DNA of 64,000 bases. Source: Paragordius varius. Its lineage: Eukaryota > Animalia > Nematomorpha. Made by a program: the position numbers and the translations under genes. The stretch covers positions 372,001 through 436,000 of the forward strand of contig OZ176052.1 in assembly GCA_964247055.1 (NCBI GenBank), given 5' to 3'. Position 1 is the stretch's first letter, and each line of letters starts with the position of its first letter. The notes under the pieces were generated by a model. The model was not told the DNA's origin, did no database searches, and saw only the letters and a list, made by a program, of their open reading frames with translations. Shown here one piece after another: positions 49,540 through 62,535 of the stretch.

Positions 49540-51770
49540 CAATGTATACATTAAAACTTAAAAAAGGTCGGTATGGTTAAATATAATATTTTTATATAGG
49601 TTGATTGGTGAATGCTGGATTATGGGATGGAAACATATGAATTTATGATTATTTTAAAATTAATTTTGTAAAAATGTTTTATGTAAAATAACACTCATGG
49701 AAAAAAATATGAATTAAAAACCCCGAGCAGGGTTGAAATATTCCTCCAAGAAAATTGGTTGATCCTGTTGTTGGTCTGATTGCAGCACATTCGTTTTGAT
49801 TCGATGCTGTTGTTTTGTTCAAAGCTTGACCTCCGTAAGAAGGCTAAGTTCAAGTAACATTTGTGTTGTTTATTGGAGGTAATGAGCAATGATTGGCTGT
49901 GTTGATGTTTAAACTGTGGCTAATGAATTAATTTAAGTAGCCATGGTTTGTAAACGGTTTCGATATCTTAGATATGGTAGAAAGATTAACACCATTTTTA
50001 AACTAAGACTAAAGCTGTTATAAGAGTCATATTGTTAAACCAATCATTAGACTTCTGAACCAAAAAACTAACAAGGTGTTAAATATTTGAACTGTTGGTC
50101 GTTTTTGGAATACCGTATTTATTTACTTCTGAAGGCCAGCGGAAGTATCTTGTTTTTTGGGTTCTAAGACTATAAGGGCATTAGCGATGTGAATTTATCT
50201 ACCTTATGATACAGGTTGAGTCAAAAGCCCCCCGCGTTCATCAAGGCAGGTCACGTCAATTAGAAAATGAATACCGTGGTATTTATTACTAAATATAATG
50301 AAGAGAAAGGGTAGCCGGATAAGAGTAGTCGGACAAAACTTCAACACAGCGTAAAATGTTTTAAGTATGTTTAAAGACAAATTCATAATAAAATCTTAAT
50401 CATTGATTAAAGATATGTAGTAAAGTTTCTGGGTGCCGCTCACATCACCATCGCGATGATGCGGGAACCTGGACTAGTGTTTGTAGGGTTTTAAATTTGA
50501 GTTGATTCAATGAATCTTCAATTTTGAATCCTACCACGGATGTTATGAAAGAGGAACTGGCTTTGTGGAGGGAAGCTGCTTCGATGCGAGCTTGGGAATG
50601 ATAAGGCTGTGTATAAACAAAAAATTATATTTGGACTTATTAGTTCGAACAAGGCGGCGGGAGGATGGGTCAATGTTAAGGTTTCACCCTTTTATAAAAA
50701 AAGTGCTAATTGGAATAGTCCTATAGAGAGACCGACACGTACGATGCTGAGCGAGATTAGCTGAAATATTGAAGACATTAATGATTTTAAATTATTTGAT
50801 GGAAATTTAGAAATATCGGTCAGAGGGAAGTTGAGTTTAGTCCTCTGATAAATGGTGGTTAAAAGGGTAAAAAGCGCAAGTTTGGAAATGGCCGGATCCG
50901 TGGTAGTTCGCAGCTTAAATGTTGAGTTTAGTCGGTATATATATAAAAGAAGAGATGTTTTAGAAACACCAAATCTCCCTTTAGAAACCGGGATGTAGAA
51001 ATAGTAAGTGGGTCCCTGGAGAAGCGATGTTATTTTTCCTATATTACGAATGAGAGAGTCCTCTTTAGATAGGCCTTATTCACCGACCCAATATGAAATT
51101 TATGGTACGGTGTTGGGAATACAAACACAGCCTATGCTGTATTTCTACCAGGGCTAGCAGCAGATCTGATATATCGGGTGAGATCAAATTTCATTGGTGT
51201 TCCAAAGTAGTCCTAAGCTTTGTCTTTTTGCAGAGAAGGAACCATGTTTGGTGGCTGCGGAGCTGGTTAGCAGCAAGGCTTGAGTCTAACCAATGAATTC
51301 GCCAAGTTTGCGCCAGACTTAATATTATTAAAGTTATCGGACATGATTCAGGAAGTCGTCGGCTTAGGGGTGACAGGTGGTGTATTGAGTGTTGTTAAGG
51401 GATATTAAGGGTGATTGAAATAAAAAGAAGAGGGGAATGCATATTTTTGGCGATAACTTGAGATTAGCGTCGGACAGGTTTCCCTCACTTGGAATTCGAG
51501 TAGAAGAAAAGAAGAGCTAGAAAGAATTAAAAACAAGTAAACAATGATACCAATCCACGGATAACTGCCGAAATGGCGGAATGAGGGGAATCAAAAGCTG
51601 CCTCAACATCGAGCCACAGAATGATGCATGGACGTTGTTGTTGCCTGGCCGAAGTCAATTTTTGCAAAAGGAGAAAATTACAAGGTGTAAGGCATGAATC
51701 CTTTCCTTTAAGGGGAGACCATATTGTTTGACATATAAGTGGAGAGAGACTTTGAAAATTATGGTGTTTT
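49540..51770 (-). mobile_element. Heavily decayed Utopia-like RLE non-LTR element
   Basis: KGFMPY (~51690), LWLDVEAAFDS (~51600), *ADDFL (~51360), ETLLHIFNQC (~50420), FLIDVTCLDE (~50250); 3' end runs toward the U2 fragment. Confidence 0.75.
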
Positions 51771-52723
51771 GTTTAAATATACTTTAAAGTTTTCATTAAT
51801 TTCACTATCTTAGATAAACAAACCTTAAAATTAAGACTTGTATACAACACATACAAAATCCCTTGATTCAAATTGGGATAGATAGATACCCCAGGCTAAT
51901 ATGGAATAAATTGAAACATTGCCAAAAGTCTGCACTTATATAACATTATAAGCCAAAAAAACATTGAAAAATACTTGATATTATTAAGGGAAACCCAAAG
52001 GTGAAAATTCCTACATGATATGTATAAAATAAAGTTAAATACGATTTCAATAAAAAAGTAACTCAATTTTAGACTTGGAATTAAATCAAAACGATATGTC
52101 ATCCAAGTAGTTTCATACGGAACTTTTTTCTAAAAATAAATTTATTTAGATATTTTGGCTTATTTATATAATTTTATCAGGATGCAAAAGATTTAAATTG
52201 GAACCATTTTTTTCAGGAGTTTTTTATAATTATCTACTTAAATATTGTCTGGGGCATTTAGATATACCAGTTTAAATCAAAATGAATATAATATTACAGT
52301 AATATGTATGATAGGCAAATTAAATGAATATTAAATTTTTACATTACGATTTCTATGGGCTCATCATTAAGCTTCAAGAGCTATCCCCCTGGATAAAAAC
52401 TATTACACGGATTTAACAAAAAAAATATTGATGAAATATATTCTGATAGCAACAAGTTTAGGTGTAAGTTTAGCCCTTGCGAGCAATTTAAGAAAATTGT
52501 TTTTACTATTGTGGTAACTGCTTATATTAGAAAATGGCGATTGCGTATATCATATCAAATTATGGTAAGATGCTTCATTTCAAAAAAATCACTAAAAATT
52601 AAATTATACGCAGCTAAATACATACATATATATTCTGACAGGTAATGTATCAGGATTAAAATGCGGCTTTCGGTTTTGGCCCTTAGTGATTTTAGTAAAT
52701 TATTTATTTGTGATAAATGTTTT

Positions 52724-53056
52724 TGATATGATGTTATATAATATGCAACAAAACATAACTCTATATTATATATTACTTTGCTATTCAATGCATACGTATA
52801 ATACTTTTCTGTTATTAATATTTTACGTGACATGTTATATACTACGTGACAAGTTTTAGACTACGTGACTGTTTTATAAATGCACACTCATCATTCTCAG
52901 AAATTTGTATATGTTAATGCACGATAAAAATATATAATAAGATCCGTATACATTTCTCGGAATTAAATATAACCTATATAAACAACAACTTCTTTACATT
53001 GCATTACTGTGTTTTCCCATTATTGTGTTATAATAAATTATACCCAACTGATATTA
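52724..53056 (+). repeat. 5' LTR (333 bp)
   Basis: TGATATG...GATATTA, direct repeat of 60760-61096. Confidence 0.95.
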
Positions 53057-53058
53057 TT

Positions 53059-53068
53059 TGGCGACGAG
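53059..53068 (+). promoter_or_regulatory. Primer-binding site, probably tRNA-Ser
   Basis: TGGCGACGAG 2 nt after the LTR, complementary to a 3' end ...CUCGUCG-CCA as in tRNA-Ser(GCU). Confidence 0.75.
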
Positions 53069-53088
53069 AAAAAAAAATTTATTCTGCC

Positions 53089-54064
53089 TAATGGAAAATC
53101 CCGGAGATACATCATTTAGTAATGCGCAAAATCCTCTAAATCAAATAATTCTTGAACCATTTGACGAATGTTACAATTTCAAAAATTATGTCAATCACAT
53201 AGAAAGGGTACTCGCGGCCAGGGATTTTCCTGTCACGGTCCAATATAAAAAAATTATTTTTAGCTTTCGGTGGTATTAAAATTTTGAACAAAATTGAAAA
53301 TATTCTATATCCTGATACCATCGAAGATTTGTAATGGCCGGAAATCTATAAAATTGCAGTTCAAATCTATGCCCCAGACAAAAGTCTATGGGTGAATAGA
53401 TGTGCATTTTATCGTATTCGTCGTGGTGATAATGAATCTATTCTTTCGTATTTAGAACGTTTGAAAATTTTGGCCGACAATTCTGGATTTGATTCGGACA
53501 TTTCTAACAAAATCAGGGATATATTTTTGATTGGATTAAATCAACCCAGATTAGAAAGAGAACTCCACATAAAATATCCGCTCGGTAAGTTAGATGACAA
53601 ACCACTGACACTACATGTTGGTCGATATGGCTTTTAGTTTTGAGGAAGCCGATAATCTTCCCTCGCAAATCAATAAGCTTAAAGTGGATAGATCCAGAAA
53701 TGTAAAACCTCATGGAAGTTTTAACAAGGGCCATTATAACAATTATAATTATAAAAACAATAAGAATAATGATGTCCGGGATAATAATGATACTAAAGTA
53801 AATTGCCGAAATTGTGGATCACTGCATGTGAGTAACAAGTGTCCGGCTTGGGGCAAAACGTGCTACAATTGCAACAAAAATAACCACTTTAGTTCAATGT
53901 GCAAAACAAAGTTGGTAAGAAATTTAGATCAAATTAGATCTATAAAAGCGGGCACTACCCCTAAAATAAAAGTGAAGAATATGATAGATATGATTTTCGA
54001 TACCGGTGCTGACTGCTGTCTCATAAGTCAACAAATATGGAAGCAGATCGGTAGCCCTAGTTAA
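53089..54064 (+). pseudogene. gag: gag with two CCHC knuckles and protease start, frameshifted
   Basis: CRNCGSLHVSNKCPAWGKTCYNCNKNNHFSSMC; FDTGAD protease motif. Confidence 0.85.
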
Positions 54065-54123
54065 CGTGGTCCGATCAAATAACCACGTATGATAATAATA
54101 AGATAACAATCTTAGGGAAAACT

Positions 54124-57100
54124 ATGGTCACTGTGGCGTTGTACAATGAAAAGAAAACGTTACCATGTATCGTAACTAAAAGCAATTTTGATCCAATTTT
54201 TGGATTACCTTGGATAAAAGCGTACAAGCTACCTTTTCCAAAAGGTGTAATCAATAATATAAATTCTAATGAGAAGATGGAGCTGACCAAAATATTTCCA
54301 AAACTATTCTCAAAGGAACTTGGTTGTTACAACGGCAATCCGATCAAAAAATTTTTGACACCGGATGCAAAACCAAAAGCTTTTCCATGCAGTAGAGTTC
54401 CTCTACCATTGCAACCATTGGTAGAAAATGAATTGAATAGATTGTTAGATTTGGGGATTATAGAACCAATAGACCCAACAACCACTGAGATATCTTGGGC
54501 AACCCCAACGGTCAACGTGTTAAAATCCAATGGGGAGGCTCGTATCTGCGCCGATTTTCGTGTCACAATCAATCCTTATCTATCAAAAGATTCTCATATC
54601 ATTCCGACATTTGATCAATTATTGGGTAAAATCGGAAATGGACATTCATTTTCAGTTTTGGATCTTGCCTACTTACAACTACCGGTTGATAAAGAATGCT
54701 CTAATATTCTGACAATTACAACACACAGAGGTTACTTTACGTATAAACGATTACCTTTCGGCTCACAAATGATCCAATGATATTTCAACGAGTTATGGAT
54801 CAAATTCTGGATGATTGCACAGGCGTTTGTGCTTATCTGGATGATGTTCTGGTAACCGGCAATACAGACACTCAACACAAAGCAAATCTGGAGCATGTGT
54901 TGGAGAAACTTGAACAGACCGGATTCCGTTTGCAACCGGATAAAATGAAATTCTTCCAGGAAAAAGTATCCTACATGGGATACGAAATATCTAAAAGAGG
55001 TATTAAGCCAACGGATGAAAAAATCAAGGCTATTTTGAAATGTCCTGTTCCAAAGGACAAAACAACATTACGGTCCTTTTTAGGACTATTAAACTTTCAT
55101 GAAAAATTTATTCCAAGATTACATTCAGTCATAAGTAAGGTGACCAGACGTCCCGCTTTTGGCGGGACAGTCCCGCTTTTTCACACTTTGTCCCGCTTCC
55201 TGCTACGTTTTTAAATGTCCCGCTTTTTCACGATTATATAAAAAAAAATTTTTTTTAATACAAATAAATTTTTTTTGTCCGTTTAAATTTTTTATCATTA
55301 AATATCTTTAAAATCTATTCAATTTTAAATTAAAATTTTTTATTTTAAATTAAAAATATTTATTTTTTTCGAATTTATATCATGTGATTATACACTATAC
55401 TTCCTACTACTACTGTCATTATTATCAAAAAGCCAAGTTAATACCACAAATCTCTAGATTAAAAGACAAATTGATACCACAAATCGGTACCTTACACGTT
55501 TATTTCACAAAATTAAGGTAATATAATATTTATTATACTAATATTTTAGTTTTATTACTTGCCAACATTATTAAAAAGCCAAATTAATACCACAAATCGG
55601 TAGCTTAAAAGACAAATTGATACCACAAATCGGTACCTTACACGTTTATCACAGAAAATTATGGTAATATAATATTTATTATACTAATAGTAGTTTATAA
55701 ATATGAGCACAAAAAGAGGTTGTAAATTCAACGATGAATTAATGAAGGATTTTCCTATTATTAAAAAAACGAAGAATGAATCATTTGTTAAATGTCTTAT
55801 ATGTGAGGGGGAATTCACCCTAGCACATGGCGGCAAGCATGATATTACAAAGCATATGGAAACACAGAAACATAAAAAATGTTTAGATATGGCGGCATCA
55901 TCTTACAAAATGAGCGATTTTTTTGAAAAACCGCTTTTGGAGAGGAAGAAAAGAATTTGGCACTAGCTGAGGGCGTGTTATCTTTTCACGCCGTTAATCA
56001 CAATCATTCCTTTAGATCTATGGACTGTACCTCACAGGTTATTCGCACGTTATTCATAAAAAATTTACATGTGCCCGTACAAAGGCTGAAGCCATTGTGT
56101 GCAATGTCCTTTCGCCACATGTATTTTCTGAAATACAAAAAGATTTGCTGAAAATTAATTCCATATCGCTATACTCTGATGCATCAAAACACCATGAAAC
56201 AAAATTATTTCCCACTTTAATGAGATATTTTGATTCAGAAACCGGAGTAAAAATTAAAATTTTAGATTTAATTTCCCTACCCGGTGAAAATTCCGAAATA
56301 ATATTTACTTCAATAATGCAAAAAAATAATATAAAATACAAAATTATCGTATATTGCGCTGACAACACCAATATGAACTTTGGTGGAAAAGCAAGGAGAG
56401 GAACAAAAAAATATTTTTCATAAATTAACAGATAATCTTAATCAAAACATTATTGGCGTTGGGTGTGCAGCGCATATAATACACAACGCTATTCAAACAG
56501 CTGCTGATTTGTTACCCCTAGATGTGGAAAATGTAGTTGTTAAAATATATTCCTATTTTTATATATACACGGTAGTGTTGAAACGCTTAAAGAATTCTGT
56601 GAAAATGCAGAAGTTCAATATCAAAAAATGCTTGGATATTAAACTCGTTGGTTAGCTTTTATGCCAGCTATCGAAAGAATTTTAAAAATGTATGATCCTT
56701 TAAAATCTTTTTTATTATCACAGGACAAATGTCCTACAACTTTAAAAAAGTTTTTTGAAAGTGATTGTTCAAAAATATGGTTATTCTTACATAATCAAGC
56801 TTCTCTATTTCAAAATGTTATTAAATTTATAGAAGGTGGCAAAATTTCGGCAATAGAAGTAGCCAATGAAGTTAGTAACCTAAAATTCCAATGTCAAGAA
56901 CGGTTAGAAAATAATTATACCATTAACCATCCGCAATATAATAAAAAATTTAGAAAAACAAGGCTTAATAAATCGCCAAGATATCCTGTACCATATAAAA
57001 ATGTTTTATACAAACTGTAAAGATTATTTGGAAGACTGGACGACGCAATTCAATGAAATTGATCATTTTCATTGGATAACATTAAAATCAGAATTTAATT

Positions 57101-60100
57101 GGTGCGATGTTCAAAAATCATTTGATTATATCTGCTCCCAAAAATTATCAAAAAGTAATCTTTCAGAAAATGATCTTTTTTCTGAAGTATCATTAGTTAA
57201 AAGATATATTAATAATGAAAAACTTAAATTATGGACAAAAGAAAATATACAGTAGAAAAGAAATGGTTGGAAATATTTCATCATTTTGAAGCCAACTATA
57301 TTACATACAATAATATTTTAAAAATTGTGGAATTCGCACTATCTTTACCTGGAACCAACGCTGCTACTGAGCGCGTTTTTTCCACAGTAAATCAGGTGTG
57401 GACATCGGAAAAATCAAATTTAAATGTTGAAACTTTAAAGGCCGTTTTATCTGTCAAATATAATTTGACAAATTCTTGTGAAGACTTCTACAATATTTTA
57501 AAAAATGATGACAATCTGCTAAAACGCATTCCCTCAAACAAAAAATATACCAAAGAATAAAATATCTTTAAAGTTTTTGTGTTAAAAAATAAACAAAATT
57601 ACTTAAAATATTGTATAAATCTTCATAATTTGTCAAATTATATTTGAACACACAAAATGGCTTTTATTCAACATTTAAATTTGATTCCATGTCCTTACTT
57701 AATTTACTGTGGAAAAACGCGTTCAATAGCAGTGGTTCAGGTAAAGATAATGCAAACAATTAAAATATTATTGTATGGAACATAATTTGTTTAAAAATGA
57801 TTATTTTAACCATTTCTATCCTACGTATTTTTACTGTTGTCCACAATATAAGTTTTCATTCAATATATTTATTTAATAATGAGACTTCATCAAAAAGTGT
57901 CATTGTGCACCGTCTTGTCTTCCAAATAATCGTTTCTGTTTGTATAAAACATATTTATATTCTGGCTATTCATTGAGCCTTGTTTTTCTGGATGCTTTAT
58001 AATATTGCGATTAGGTAATGGTATAAAATTATTTTCTAACCTTTTTTGACTTGGAATTTTGACCTTTGTCCTGTGATAAAAAATAGGATTCTAGGAGATC
58101 ACATTTTTATATATATATCAATCGCTGGCAAAAGAGCTAACCAACAGTTCTACAATATTCAAGCATTTTAACATATATATTTTCCACATCCAGGGGTAAC
58201 AAATCAGTAGCTGTTTGAACGTTGTGTATCTGCCAATAATGTTTTGATTTAGATTATTCGCTAAATTGTTAAAAATATTTTTGTGCCGCTTCTTGCATCA
58301 CCCAGCGCACTTTGTGATGATTTCGTCTTTATTATTTTTTTCTAGAATATTAAAATCACTTTACCCTTTGTTCGTGCACATGGAAATTTATTGAATAAGG
58401 TACAAACAACCTGTGAGGTACAAATTTTTTTATATTTATAATGTATTTGTGTTAAAAATAAATAAATATTGTAATAAATTTGTTGTATAAAAATTTTTGG
58501 TTGTACCCCCCAATGACCCACCCCCTTCTCAGATTTGTCCCGCTTTTTCCTTCAAAAAATCTGGTCACCTTAGTCATAAGTGATCTGCACACTTTGACTG
58601 GAAACAAAAAGCCATGGAAATGGGAGAATATTCATGATAAACGCACTGTCAAAACAACTAATAGCAAATTTTGTGGAACTGATTCCGTACAATCCGCAAT
58701 TGCCATTATTGATTGAGACCGATGCTTCAAACGAAGGTTTGGGTGCCATCCTTTTCCATGTAACCGAAGATGGCAAGCGGCCAATCTCCTTCGCATCCAG
58801 GAAATGTTTAAATTCTTAAAAACATTATTCGACGATCGAAAGAGAGGCCAAGGCGATTTTGTTCGCGGTAAACAAATTTCACCCTTTCATATATGGGAGA
58901 TCTTTTAAAATATTGACTGATCATAAACCACTGATTAAATTATTTGGGGAAGACCGGAACTTAACCGGAGTCACTAATATAAAATTATTACGTTGGATTT
59001 ATAAAATATCGGGGTATGATTATACCATTCATTTCAATAAAGGGGTTCAAAATTTAGCTGATCCCCTATCAAGATTAGCAATTGACGATCCTGAAATGGA
59101 TGATGATCATGCTGTAGCTGAAAAAATTCGGTTCTTATCTATGAACGATTTAAACATTTATAAAAAAAATGTATTAGTTCAGTCCAATAAGGACCCGGTG
59201 TTAAAAAAATTAAAAATTGCATTAAATTTCAACAATTGGGATGATCCAGATCTAAAAAATTATCAATCACATCGCAACGCTATCCAAGCATCGTATGGTT
59301 TAGTTTATTTGGAGGATAGACTCATTGTTCCTAGATCCATGCAAAATGAAGTCCTAAACTACTTTCACACTGGACACCCAGGGATAAGTACCATGAAGTC
59401 CCTTGCGCGCCACAGTGTATATAGGCCAGACTTGGACCAAAGTATTGAATTGCTTGCGAAGACATGTGACTCATGTCAAAGATACAAGCCCAATGTCCAG
59501 GAAAACCCAACATACAAATGGAATTTCATTACCGCCGTCTGGGAAAGAATACACATAGATATTGCTGGTCCCATTGATAATTTCTACTGGATGGTAACAA
59601 TTGACAGCTCGTCCAGATGGCTGGAAGTTAATTTATTGAAACAAGTTACGAGCAGGTCTGTTTTAAATTGCTTAGAACAATTGTTTGCGAGATATGGTTT
59701 TCCTAAAATGATAGTAAGTGATAATGCATCGTATTTTGTATCGCACGATTTTGATGAAAGGCTTAAACACTTAAACATCAAACATGTTAAGTCGAGTCCG
59801 TATCACCCACGAACGAATGGGTTGGTAGAAAGATCTATTTACACATTGAAAACTAAATATAAAGCTACGAAGAGGGCTGACATCTCTCCGCAAGAAGCAA
59901 TGAATACCATTTTGTGGAGCTATCGGCAAGCATTTCATAGTGCAACGAGAGCAACACCGTGCTCATTATTCCTAAAAAGAGAATTGTTAGGTCCCTTGTC
60001 ATGATTAAAGACAATACCATCAGATTTTACGGATAATACTAGAGCCCCCTTACGAGAATTTGATGTTGATGATGCTATTCTGATTAAAAATGAAACAGCA

Positions 60101-60200
60101 GAGGGGTGGCGGAAAGGAAAAGTAATTGAAAGAACAGGATTATTATCTTACAAGACTGATGACGGTAGCAAAATTCAGCGAAAACACGCCGATCAGCTAC
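54124..60200 (+). pseudogene. pol: pol (RT, RNase H, integrase), split by hAT at 55136-58572
   Basis: RICADFR, YKRLPFG, AYLDDVL; ETDASNEGLGA, TDHKPL; HTGHPG..CDSC, IHIDIAGP, VSDNASYF, PYHPRTNGLVER. Confidence 0.92.
55136..58572 (+). mobile_element. hAT DNA transposon (Blackjack-like), second copy; transposase pseudogene 55703-57560 and inverted deleted copy ~57607-58415
   Basis: TAAGGTGACCAGA...TCTGGTCACCTTA; 8-bp TSD GTCATAAG (55128-55135, 58573-58580); N-terminal CLIC..HMETQKH Zn finger. Confidence 0.95.
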
Positions 60201-60292
60201 AGAAGTCTGTTATGTCACAACCCGCCCTTGACATTGTACCAGAGATCCCAGTTACGGAAGCTGTGGAGTCGGAGTGTAACTTGACAGAAGTA

Positions 60293-60685
60293 CAGGGGCG
60301 TACCGATGGGGGGGCAAGGGGGTGCATCATGCCCCGGGCGCCGTTATTTAGGGGCGCCTAAATGATTTTTTAAAATTAAATTGTAATTATGCAAAAATAA
60401 TAAGAACTTTTAAATGAAATTTTTCAGCAATTTAGGTAATAATCCCTATAATATATACTCTATTATTCACCTAATTAGTACCATAGAATAAATTTAGTAT
60501 CATATAAATATATATATTTAATAGATTTAAAATTTATAAGACTGTGCTGTCTTATCTATGGTGTTTAGGTTACAACGTTTGTATTTTTTTTACTAAATTG
60601 TTTTATTGGTTTTTTTAAAAAAAAAGGGGGGGGGCGCCATAAAAGTTTTATGCCCCGGGCGCCGCAAATTCTCGGTACGCCACTG
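60293..60685. mobile_element. hAT-type MITE (393 bp)
   Basis: CAGGGGCGTACCGA...TCGGTACGCCACTG; 8-bp TSD CAGAAGTA (60285-60292, 60686-60693); subterminal GCCCCGGGCGCC at both ends. Confidence 0.9.
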
Positions 60686-60745
60686 CAGAAGTACAAAGCC
60701 GTTATCCTCGCCGGGAACGAAAAGCTCCGGATCGTCTTTCTTATT

Positions 60746-60757
60746 AAAGGTGGGAGA
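60746..60757 (+). promoter_or_regulatory. Polypurine tract
   Basis: AAAGGTGGGAGA 2 nt before the 3' LTR. Confidence 0.8.
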
Positions 60758-60759
60758 TA

Positions 60760-61096
60760 TGATATGATGTTATATAATATGCAACAAAACATAACTCTAT
60801 TTTATATATTACTTTGCTATTCAATGCATACGTATAATATTTTTCTGTTATTAATATTTTACGTGACATGTTATATACTACGTGACAAGTTTTAGACTAC
60901 GTGACTGTTTTATAAATGCACACTCATCATTCTCAGAAATTTGTATATGTTAATGCACGATAAAAATATATAATAAGATCCGTATACATTTCTCGGAATT
61001 AAATATAACCTATATAAACAACAACTTCTTTAAGTCCATTGCATTACTGTGTTTTCCCATTATTGTGTTATAATAAATTATACCCAACTGATATTA
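60760..61096 (+). repeat. 3' LTR (337 bp)
   Basis: Direct repeat of 52724-53056, followed by TSD GTTTT. Confidence 0.95.
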
Positions 61097-61216
61097 GTTT
61101 TATATAAAAGAATGGCTTGTGACATTTTTTAAATAAAAATCAATTTATGAAATGAAATGGTTCGTTCCAAAATACTATCACCAAAATACATTATAGACAA
61201 AATATAAACCAAATCA

Positions 61217-62535
61217 TGGATGGTGATAAAAAATCTTGACTTAACTTGCAAATTTTTAATAAAATCATTTTTACATTAGGGGAGTTAAATCAAGCAAGTA
61301 TAATTCATTCGGAGGTAATAAAAAGTCATATAATCAAATTAAATTTGAAGATTTTGCAAGTGTGGTGTAGGGCACACTTGACAGATTTAAAAATATGGTA
61401 ATTATATTGGAAATTATTTGATTTCATAATTGTTGGTTATGTTATAATATATTTTGGAAAATATATTTGGATGGATAAAAACGAGAATGAATTTTCCGAA
61501 AATCTATGTTAATTGTATCAGATACATATGAAAGTATAAAGTTCCACTATTTCGTGAACCCCTATAAAATCATAATATCAGACTGTATTTTTAATACTAA
61601 AATCGAGTATTTTTTTGGTAATAACATATTTACTGTTAATTTTATCAAAAGAAATTTGATCATTAATATGTGCAACACAGACTGTATGAATTTAAAAATT
61701 TGTTCGATAATTGGTATAACAAAAAAAATTTAAATTTCTCTTTAGTTAGCAATTTTTTTTGGAGGACTGCCGATATATTTTAAATATTATTTTAATTGAT
61801 TAATCAAATAACTGGTCGCAATAGACGAGATAAAATCCTCAAAAATTATATCTTAAATGTATTATAATTTTTACCTAACTTGATGAACTATGCTTTAAAA
61901 ATTAATTGACGGAAATATCTTATATTCAAAAAGATATATTTCTGTATAATTTAATATAAATCTTGATTTAATTTGTCGAATCTTCTTTTATATAAATCTT
62001 AAAAAAATAATAATATATTGTTATATTTTACAAACATTCAATTGTATTTGCAAAAGGGCTTCCAAAGTCAGTACAAAACGTTAAGGAACTTGGAGAAATA
62101 TTGACAGGGAATTCATGGTGAACACTTGGCAGATAATTATTCGATGGAAAAAATAGCGCAAAATATAAAAACAACTATTTCGTGATAAGTTTGCATCCGA
62201 AAATTAGAAATATTTCTTATGTATATACCTAAAAACATAATTACTTGTGGTAAAATAATAGAATAAGAGCGAATGGTTTCAACAATTTAAATTTAGATGC
62301 CGCACTCACTTTTTTAAAAAATCTTTAATATTATAATAACATAGGTGCCATTGAGTTTGAGCGAAAAACTTGACAAGTGTTGTGTTATCACCGATCGTCA
62401 AGTGTCTAGCTGGCTCATTATAGGAATTTTATAAATATTGATAATCGGAAATTTAAAGAAAATATTTTTTTCTTCCTAATAATTTTACTTTTTCAACCAC
62501 GCTTGACTTTCAAGTACGTTTTTTATCACCCCACC
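61217..62535. mobile_element. Unclassified TIR-type repeat (GGTGGGGTGATAAAA end family)
   Basis: Starts GGATGGTGATAAAAAATCTTGACTT, ends CTTGACTTTCAAG..TTTTTTATCACCCCACC; shares the internal GATTTTGCAAGTGTGGTGTAGGGCACACTTGACAG block. Confidence 0.65.

Larger units (their letters stand above)
52724..61096 (+). mobile_element. Ty3/gypsy LTR retrotransposon (Mag-like), defective, with two nested hAT-type insertions
   Basis: LTRs 52724-53056 and 60760-61096 (2 substitutions and a 4-bp indel); 5-bp TSD GTTTT; PBS and PPT present; gag-PR-RT-RH-IN order. Confidence 0.96.
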
